From contig JBFMEN010000058.1 of assembly GCA_040753435.1 (NCBI GenBank), positions 18,817 through 82,816 on the forward strand: a DNA stretch of 64,000 bases, written 5' to 3'. Positions 57,642 through 64,000 of this stretch are shown here, one piece after another. The DNA is from Candidatus Omnitrophota bacterium (GTDB taxonomy: Bacteria > Omnitrophota > Gorgyraeia > Zapsychrales > JANLHA01). The first letter of the stretch is position 1. Each line of letters starts with the position of its first letter. The notes beneath the pieces were generated by a model that worked only from the letters and a program-made list of their open reading frames with translations, was not told the origin of the DNA and searched no databases. The position numbers and the translations under genes were made by a program.

Positions 57642-58823
57642 ATGAATAAAAAGACGGTTAAAGACCTGGCTCTTAAGGGCAAAAAAGTGATTGTGCGTGT
57701 AGATTTTAATGTCCCCCTTGATGAGAAACTCAACATTACCGATGACCTCCGGATTCAATCTTCTTTACCGACCATTAAATATATTCTTGAAGAAGGAGCT
57801 TCGAAGGTTATATTGATGAGTCATTTGGGCAGGCCAAAAGCCAAGGTTGTGGATTCGATGCGGCTGACTCCGGCAGCTAAAAGACTTGAAGAACTTCTTG
57901 GCCAAAAGGTTCTAAAACTTGACGAGTGTGTTGGTCCGGATGTAAAAAAAGCCATTGATGCATCAAAAGAGAAAGTGATCTTGCTGGAGAACCTTCGTTT
58001 TCATAAAGAAGAAGAAGCCAATGATCCGGGATTTGCCAGGCAACTGGCCGAGCTTGCCGATATTTATGTCAATGATGCCTTCGGAACAGCTCACCGTGCG
58101 CATGCTTCGACGGAAGGGATAACAAAGTATCTTCCTTCGGCGGCGGGATTCCTTTTGGAAAAGGAAATTCAATTCTTAATCGGAGCGGTACAATCTCCCA
58201 AGAGGCCTTTTGTGGTGATCCTGGGCGGGGCCAAGGTTTCCTCAAAGATCGCCCTGATTGAAAATATTCTAACAAAAGCCGACAAGGTTGTTATCGGCGG
58301 TGGCATGGCATACACTTTTTTAAAAGCCCGGGGGATTGAAATCGGAAAATCATTGTTTGAACCGGAAACCCTGGCTGTGGCAAAAAACATCTTGAAAAAG
58401 GCAGACGAGAAGGGCGTTAAAATTATTCTTCCTGACGATTATGTCGTTGTGACCGATTTTGATAAACCTCAGGAGAAGAAGGTTGTTTCCGGGAACATCG
58501 ACCCTGATTGGGAAGGGGTTGACATCGGGCCCGGGAGCATCAGGAAATTTACGGCGGCTATTGCAGATGCAAAGACGATCGTTTGGAACGGACCGGTCGG
58601 CGTTTTTGAGATCGATGCCTATGCCGAGGGGACAAAAAAAATAGCCGAGTTTATAGCCGGTCTTGATGCCGTATCTATCGTAGGCGGAGGAGATACAGCA
58701 GCCGCTGTAGCCAAATTTAATCTGGAAAGCGGGATGACACATATTTCAACCGGAGGCGGAGCTTCTCTGGAATTGCTTGAAGGGAAAGAACTGCCGGGAC
58801 TGGTTGCTTTGAATGATAAATAA
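57642..58823 (+). CDS. pgk: phosphoglycerate kinase
   Basis: RVDFNVP, SHLGRP, LENLRF, NDAFGTAHR, WNGP, HISTGGGASLE. Confidence 0.97.
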   Translation: MNKKTVKDLALKGKKVIVRVDFNVPLDEKLNITDDLRIQSSLPTIKYILEEGASKVILMSHLGRPKAKVVDSMRLTPAAKRLEELLGQKVLKLDECVGPDVKKAIDASKEKVILLENLRFHKEEEANDPGFARQLAELADIYVNDAFGTAHRAHASTEGITKYLPSAAGFLLEKEIQFLIGAVQSPKRPFVVILGGAKVSSKIALIENILTKADKVVIGGGMAYTFLKARGIEIGKSLFEPETLAVAKNILKKADEKGVKIILPDDYVVVTDFDKPQEKKVVSGNIDPDWEGVDIGPGSIRKFTAAIADAKTIVWNGPVGVFEIDAYAEGTKKIAEFIAGLDAVSIVGGGDTAAAVAKFNLESGMTHISTGGGASLELLEGKELPGLVALNDK

Positions 58824-58831
58824 TTAACATG

Positions 58832-58898
58832 TGCTCCGGAGCAAATGTTCCCCGGATTTTTGTTAATCGGGGAACGGGGTTCAGGGGAGTTGGGGAAC
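58832..58898. repeat. intergenic palindromes with GGGGAAC-like units
   Basis: TGCTCCGGAGCA; GTTCCCCG..CGGGGAAC stem; GGGGAAC-GGGGTTC-AGGGGAGT-TGGGGAAC. Confidence 0.5.
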
Positions 58899-58918
58899 TT
58901 AAAAGAGGAGTTATTTAA

Positions 58919-59686
58919 ATGAGAAAGCTGTTTGTCGCAGGAAACTGGAAAATGAACAACACGATCACCCAGGCAATTGAACTGGTTAATGGGCTGAAGC
59001 GTGAAATCGGCGATGTTGAAGAGGTGGACATGGCGGTTTGCCCAACAGCGGTTTGTCTGGTTGAAACCGTTGATACGGCGGTGGATTCGAATATTAAAGT
59101 TGGCGCTCAAAATATTTATTGGGAAGATTCCGGGGCTTTTACCGGGGAAATTTCTGCTTCGATGGTTAAGGAAGCAGGCGCCACTTACGTGATTCTCGGC
59201 CATTCCGAGCGCCGGCAGTTCTTTGGCGATACCAATGAAACAGTGAATAAAAAGATTAGAGCTGCGTTATCTCACGGGTTGCTTCCAATTGCCTGCATTG
59301 GAGAGAGTTTGGAAGAGCGTGAGGCTGGAAAGACAATGGCCGTGATTCAGGAACAATGTGCAGGAACATTCGCGGGGTTAACGGCTGAGGAAATGGAAAA
59401 AATCACGGTCGCCTATGAGCCGATTTGGGCGATTGGAACAGGTAAGACTGCGACATCGCAGCAAGCCCAGGAAGTACATGCATTTATCCGTAAATGGCTT
59501 GAAGGAAGATTCGGTCAGGAGACTGCGCAAGTAATTCGAATTCAATATGGCGGAAGCGTTAAGCCCGAAAACACAGCTGATTTATTATCCCAATCTGATA
59601 TTGACGGTGCCCTGGTCGGCGGCGCAAGTCTGAAAGTAGATTCTTTCAGCGGGATCATTAAATCGGCGGCAAGGATTAGAAAATAA
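58919..59686 (+). CDS. tpiA: triosephosphate isomerase
   Basis: AGNWKMN, GHSERR, AYEPIWAIGTG, YGGSV, LVGGASL. Confidence 0.97.
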   Translation: MRKLFVAGNWKMNNTITQAIELVNGLKREIGDVEEVDMAVCPTAVCLVETVDTAVDSNIKVGAQNIYWEDSGAFTGEISASMVKEAGATYVILGHSERRQFFGDTNETVNKKIRAALSHGLLPIACIGESLEEREAGKTMAVIQEQCAGTFAGLTAEEMEKITVAYEPIWAIGTGKTATSQQAQEVHAFIRKWLEGRFGQETAQVIRIQYGGSVKPENTADLLSQSDIDGALVGGASLKVDSFSGIIKSAARIRK

Positions 59687-59726
59687 AAGATTCGGAGTGA
59701 CTACATAAGAATGTGAGGTTAAAAGC

Positions 59727-60095
59727 ATGACAGGACTTTTTATTTTTGTTCACGTATTAGTATGTGTGATGCTGATTGTGATCATACTGATGCAGTCGGG
59801 ACGAGGCGGCGGTTTGACCGAAGGGTTTGCAGCGGCAGAGTCTGTTTTTGGCGCTAAAACAAATGAGTTTATGATCAAGGCAACAGCGATTGCCGGAATT
59901 ATTTTTTTAGTAACTAGTCTGACGCTGGCCCATTTGTCCTCACGGGCAGAGCGATCTATTATGGCTGATCAAGAGCAGAAAATGGAGCAAGAGATGGAAA
60001 CTCTGCCTTTGCTGCCGGATGACGTCAAGTCCCCGGAAGCAGGGCCAATTGAAGACATGGAAAATCCTTCTCCGGTTACCGTTCCTGAAAACTAG
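59727..60095 (+). CDS. secG: preprotein translocase subunit SecG
   Basis: 2 TMs with LMQSGRGGGL..FG loop; follows tpiA; acidic tail. Confidence 0.92.
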   Translation: MTGLFIFVHVLVCVMLIVIILMQSGRGGGLTEGFAAAESVFGAKTNEFMIKATAIAGIIFLVTSLTLAHLSSRAERSIMADQEQKMEQEMETLPLLPDDVKSPEAGPIEDMENPSPVTVPEN

Positions 60096-60308
60096 ATCGG
60101 CATCAAAACGTTTCCACTCTCTAAAATGGCATTGGAAATGGTGGCAGGGTGATTAAGCCGACAGAATGTTTTTCACTGTCGTATTGAATGATGGCAGAAT
60201 GGTTGAATAGGAGTGAGTTCAGAGAGGGATGTCTTCTTGATTTTTAAGATGATTACTTTCAAAATCGCTTTAAATCCTATCCTTACCCCCGGTGGAAAAG
60301 GAGATTTT

Positions 60309-62042
60309 ATGAGTTTCCTATTTCGAAAAGGATTTTTGTTGTTTCTTTCTTTTCTTCTGTTCACCGGGATCACTCCGCCAGATTCTTTTTCTGAAACGGA
60401 CAAACATGGCGGGGTCCTTGTTATCGCCTCAAGCAGCGACCCAAAATCCTTCAATCCCATCATGGCGAAAGAAACAACGACATCGATGATCACGTCAATG
60501 ATTTTTGAAGGTTTGACCAGACTGGATGGCGAAACCCTCGAAGTAAAACCTCAATTGGCCGAAAGGTGGAGTGTCAGTCATGACGGGCTGATGTGGACAT
60601 TTTATTTACGCAAGGATGTGAAGTGGAATGACGGCCACCCGTTTACAGCTGATGATGTGGTCTTTACTTTTAAAGACCTTGTCTATAACGATAATATACC
60701 AAGTTCCGCGCGTGATATTTTCACGATTGATGGACAACGTTTTGACGTGAGGAAGGTAGATGAATATACAGTGCAGTTTATTCTTCCTGTTCGGTTCGCT
60801 CCTTTTTTAAGTTCATTAAGCCAGGAGATATTGCCAAAGCACCGTTTGGAAAAGACGGTTTCTTCCGGTGATTTTAATTTTACTTGGGGGATTGATGCTG
60901 ATCCGGACGATGTTGTCGGCACAGGGCCTTTCAAATTGAAGCGCTATTATCCCGGCGAAAGGGTGGTTTTTGAACGTAATCCGCATTACTGGAAACGCTC
61001 TGAGGAAGATGGCTCTTTGCCATATCTTGATGGCATTGTTCTCCTGATTGTTCAGAATCAGGACGCAGTCGTTTTGAAATTCCTGGAAAATGAAGTCGAT
61101 TATTGTGAGGTCCGCGGCATCGATTATCCGGTCCTTAAACCTCTCGAAGAACAAAAGAATTTCACGTTGTTTGAAGCCGGACCGGATTTTGGCAGCAATT
61201 TTCTGGTCTTTAACCAGTCGTTAGCCGTTGATCCGTTGACACAAAAGCCAGTCATTTCCGGGAATAAATTGCGATGGTTCAGGGACACTGACTTTCGCCG
61301 CGCCGTAGCTCACGCTATTGATAAAGAAAAGATGGTGATGATTATCAAGAATGGATTAGGTTATCCCCAGCGTTCCGCCATGAGTCCTTCTTCGGGGGTT
61401 TTTTACACGGATGAAGTCAGAAACTATCCTTATAGTATAGAGACAGCCCGGAGCATTCTTTCAGTTGCCGGTTATCGCGACAGGGACAACGATGGCATCA
61501 TCGAAGATATGCAAGGGGTTCCGGTGGAATTTAATCTTTACACGAACGCCGGCAATCCGGAGCGCGAACAGATTGCCGCGATGATCCGCCATGATCTTGC
61601 CCTTCTTGGAATGAAAGTCAATTTTATCAGTATGGAATTTAATACCCTTATTCAAAAACTGAATTCAACATTCGACTGGGATGCTGTCATTATGGGACTG
61701 ACAGGGGGCATAGAACCACATTTCGGGAAGAATGTCTGGCACTCCAGCGGACAGCTTCATCTGTGGTATCCCAATCAAAAACAACCTTCGACGGAATGGG
61801 AAAAAAGAATTGATACGGTTTTTAATCTGGGGGTCCAGGAACTTGATCAGGAGAAACGCAAGAGGCTTTATGATGAATGGCAGATGATTGTTTCTGAACA
61901 GTTGCCGTTAATATACACTGTTTTGGGAGAGAATATGTTTGCAGTTAGAAATCGGTTTGGCAATCTTCGTCCGACTGCTTATGGGGGGGCGTTTCATAAC
62001 TTGGAAGAAATATATGTGAAACAAGTAACAAGTGACAAGTGA
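60309..62042 (+). CDS. peptide/nickel ABC transporter substrate-binding protein (family 5)
   Basis: DPKSFNP, LAERWSVS.DG, WNDGHPFTADDVVFT, GTGPF, FRRAVAHAID. Confidence 0.92.
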   Translation: MSFLFRKGFLLFLSFLLFTGITPPDSFSETDKHGGVLVIASSSDPKSFNPIMAKETTTSMITSMIFEGLTRLDGETLEVKPQLAERWSVSHDGLMWTFYLRKDVKWNDGHPFTADDVVFTFKDLVYNDNIPSSARDIFTIDGQRFDVRKVDEYTVQFILPVRFAPFLSSLSQEILPKHRLEKTVSSGDFNFTWGIDADPDDVVGTGPFKLKRYYPGERVVFERNPHYWKRSEEDGSLPYLDGIVLLIVQNQDAVVLKFLENEVDYCEVRGIDYPVLKPLEEQKNFTLFEAGPDFGSNFLVFNQSLAVDPLTQKPVISGNKLRWFRDTDFRRAVAHAIDKEKMVMIIKNGLGYPQRSAMSPSSGVFYTDEVRNYPYSIETARSILSVAGYRDRDNDGIIEDMQGVPVEFNLYTNAGNPEREQIAAMIRHDLALLGMKVNFISMEFNTLIQKLNSTFDWDAVIMGLTGGIEPHFGKNVWHSSGQLHLWYPNQKQPSTEWEKRIDTVFNLGVQELDQEKRKRLYDEWQMIVSEQLPLIYTVLGENMFAVRNRFGNLRPTAYGGAFHNLEEIYVKQVTSDK

Positions 62043-62191
62043 CAAGAAAAATTTAAAACAAAGAATTCAAAAACTGAAATTTAAATTTTACATATCGAAT
62101 GACTTGTATTGTTCCGGGGATTGATTATAAAAGATTCTTTTCTAAAAAAGTTGCGTTTATCAGATCTCCTTATCACATGTAACTTGTAACT
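62021..62191. repeat. heptamer-repeat inverted element (unit ACAAGTR)
   Basis: ACAAGTA-ACAAGTG-ACAAGTG-ACAAGAA spanning the SBP stop ... GACTTGT ... CACATGT-AACTTGT-AACT. Confidence 0.7.
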
Positions 62192-62203
62192 ATTAAAAGA
62201 ATT

Positions 62204-63175
62204 ATGACCAAATATATCTTAAAACGTTTTTTGATTGCGATTCCGATGCTGTTCATGATGGCGTTTCTGACATTTCTTTTAATGCAGAAAACGGCGGGAA
62301 GTTATTACGACCTTTTGAAAATGGATCCGCGGATTTCTCCTCAAACGATTGAAAGATATGTCCAGTTGTACCAGTTAGATAAGCCTTTGGTTATTCAGTT
62401 TCTGAATTGGGCCAAAAATCTTTTCCGTTTTGAATTCGGATATTCATTTTATTACAACATCCCCGTCTCAAAGGTTATCGGCGGACGCCTCTGGAATACA
62501 TTTATTCTGTCATTTTCCGCTATCCTGGTGACATGGCTTGTGGCGATTCCTTTGGGGATTTTAGCTGCCCTTAATCGCAATCGTTGGCTCGACCGGTTGA
62601 TCCAAATTTTTTCTTATGCGGCGTTATCGACTCCCGGTTTTTTTCTCGGAATGCTGCTGCTTTTTTTTGCAAGTAAAACAGGCTGGCTTCCGATCGGCGG
62701 CATGCACAGCGCTCGTTATGAGCAAATGATGTGGTTTGAGCGGGCCTGGGATCTTATGAAGCACATGATTATTCCCGTTACGGCATTATCTGTCGCATCA
62801 ATCGGAGCGCTCCAGCGGATTATGCGGGGAAACATGCTTGAAGTTTTGGGACAACAATATATTTTGTCGGCGCGGGCGAAAGGCATTCCCGAGCATCGCG
62901 TGATTTATTTCCATGCGCTGCGTAACGCAGTCAATCCACTAATCACTCTTTTAGGGTATGAGTTTTCCGCGCTGTTAAGCGGAGCCGCTCTTCTGGAAAT
63001 TATCACTTCCTGGCCGGGTCTCGGTTCGCTTATGTTGACCGCAGTTCGATCAAAGGATATTTACCTGGTCATGGCCAGCTTCATGATGGGGTCAGTATTG
63101 TTTTTAATAGGGAATCTTGTCGCGGATATTCTGTTAGCCAATTCCGATCCGAGGATAAGATATGAGGAAATCTAG
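62204..63175 (+). CDS. OppB/DppB-type ABC permease
   Basis: YILKR, LDKP, FGYS, SARAKG..HALRNA, WPGLG, DPRIR. Confidence 0.93.
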   Translation: MTKYILKRFLIAIPMLFMMAFLTFLLMQKTAGSYYDLLKMDPRISPQTIERYVQLYQLDKPLVIQFLNWAKNLFRFEFGYSFYYNIPVSKVIGGRLWNTFILSFSAILVTWLVAIPLGILAALNRNRWLDRLIQIFSYAALSTPGFFLGMLLLFFASKTGWLPIGGMHSARYEQMMWFERAWDLMKHMIIPVTALSVASIGALQRIMRGNMLEVLGQQYILSARAKGIPEHRVIYFHALRNAVNPLITLLGYEFSALLSGAALLEIITSWPGLGSLMLTAVRSKDIYLVMASFMMGSVLFLIGNLVADILLANSDPRIRYEEI

Positions 63176-64000
63176 TTACGGTGCAATGATGAAAAAACAT
63201 CAGAGTGAATTTCAGATTGCCCTGCATAGTTTCTGGAGAAACCGCTTCGCAGCGATTTGCCTGGGCGTCCTTATCTTGCTTTATATTTCAGCGATATTTG
63301 CCGACTTTCTAGCTCCGTATTCTTATGATACTGAAGACCGGCAATATTCTTATGCTCAACCCATGAAAATCAACTGGCGGGATGAAAAGGGACACTGGCG
63401 CTGGCCGTTTGTGTTCGGAGTTAATATAACGTTTAATGAATTTCATGGGCGGGATTATGAAATTGATAATACGCAAAAATATCCGTTGCGTTTTTTTGTT
63501 GAGGGAGAGGAATATAAACTGTTTGGGATTTTTGCATCAAACATAAGGCTGTTCGGGGTCAAAGAGCCTGGACGTATTTATCTGCTGGGTGCTGATTCGC
63601 GCGGGCGGGACCTCTTATCAAGAATCCTCTATGGAGGCAGGGTGTCTTTATCCATAGGGCTGATCGGCGTAGCGATTTCTTTTACCATCGGTTTGCTGGT
63701 TGGCGGGATATCAGGATATTATGGAGGTCGTATTGATAACGTTCTTATGCGGATTTGCGAACTGTTCATGATGGTTCCAGGATTTTATCTGCTGCTGGCA
63801 TTACGCGCTGTTGTTCCTGCGAGTTTTAATTCTGTTCAGGTTTATTTCTCGATCATTATAATTTTATCGTTTATTGGATGGGCTGGTCTGGCCAGGATCA
63901 TTCGGGGCATGGCCCTATCATTACGCGAGCGGGAATATGTCCTTGCGGCCAAAACCATGGGGCTTTCCGATTTTCAGATTATTGTGCGGCATATTCTGCC
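63162..64000 (+). CDS. OppC/DppC-type ABC permease (3' truncated; not in ORF track)
   Basis: Hand-read from ATG 63162: FWRNRFA..ADFLAPY, LLGADSRGRDLLSRILYGGRVSL, GWAGLARIIRG, REYVLAA. Confidence 0.92.
   Translation, partial: MRKSSYGAMMKKHQSEFQIALHSFWRNRFAAICLGVLILLYISAIFADFLAPYSYDTEDRQYSYAQPMKINWRDEKGHWRWPFVFGVNITFNEFHGRDYEIDNTQKYPLRFFVEGEEYKLFGIFASNIRLFGVKEPGRIYLLGADSRGRDLLSRILYGGRVSLSIGLIGVAISFTIGLLVGGISGYYGGRIDNVLMRICELFMMVPGFYLLLALRAVVPASFNSVQVYFSIIIILSFIGWAGLARIIRGMALSLREREYVLAAKTMGLSDFQIIVRHIL

Noticed and set aside
58832-58898. GTTCCCCG/CGGGGAAC resembling a type I-E CRISPR repeat
   Set aside because: Single stem with no repeat-spacer periodicity and no cas genes.
60096-60308. tRNA expected after secG
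   Set aside because: No cloverleaf or T-loop GTTCRA found; only a small CGACAG/CTGTCG hairpin.

Overview
Gene-dense bacterial chromosome segment, almost all on the + strand. Gene content points to a diderm anaerobe: class III RNR, PFOR, five radical-SAM enzymes, Mla, AsmA and a beta-barrel protein. A Ca. Omnitrophota/PVC-like origin is my impression only. Order: MMPL tail, LolA-like, beta-barrel and a DUF2892 ORF; nrdDG with NrdR boxes; PFOR plus DHOD-like; membrane spermidine-synthase-like protein; sulfite-oxidase-family protein; a small cassette bracketed by two paralogous acidic micro-ORFs; a minus-strand operon (NosR-like flavoprotein, AmmeMemoRadiSam-type radical SAM, unannotated 54-aa twin-arginine peptide); radical SAM plus sensor-less HK/NarL pair; YfhO-like GT-C and TPR; two receivers, mlaEFD, Zn micro-protein, AsmA and DsbD; EndoQ and UvrD, both ending GQMTLF; metF; a ~21.5-kb surface-glycan cluster; a secreted FGE/CLec-fold protein; pgk-tpiA-secG; and a peptide ABC transporter running off the end. 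No rRNA, tRNA, CRISPR, transposase, integrase or RT was seen. The best candidate novel system is 16608-19323. There the radical SAM lacks its usual N-terminal A-x-[FY]-[YW] segment, and that segment appears instead at the C-termini of both neighbours, suggesting a Tat-exported radical-SAM complex fed by a membrane flavoprotein (inference). Second is a family of about 10 intergenic elements built from locus-specific heptamer repeats, mostly arranged as hairpins. All family assignments come from motif recognition, with no database searches.
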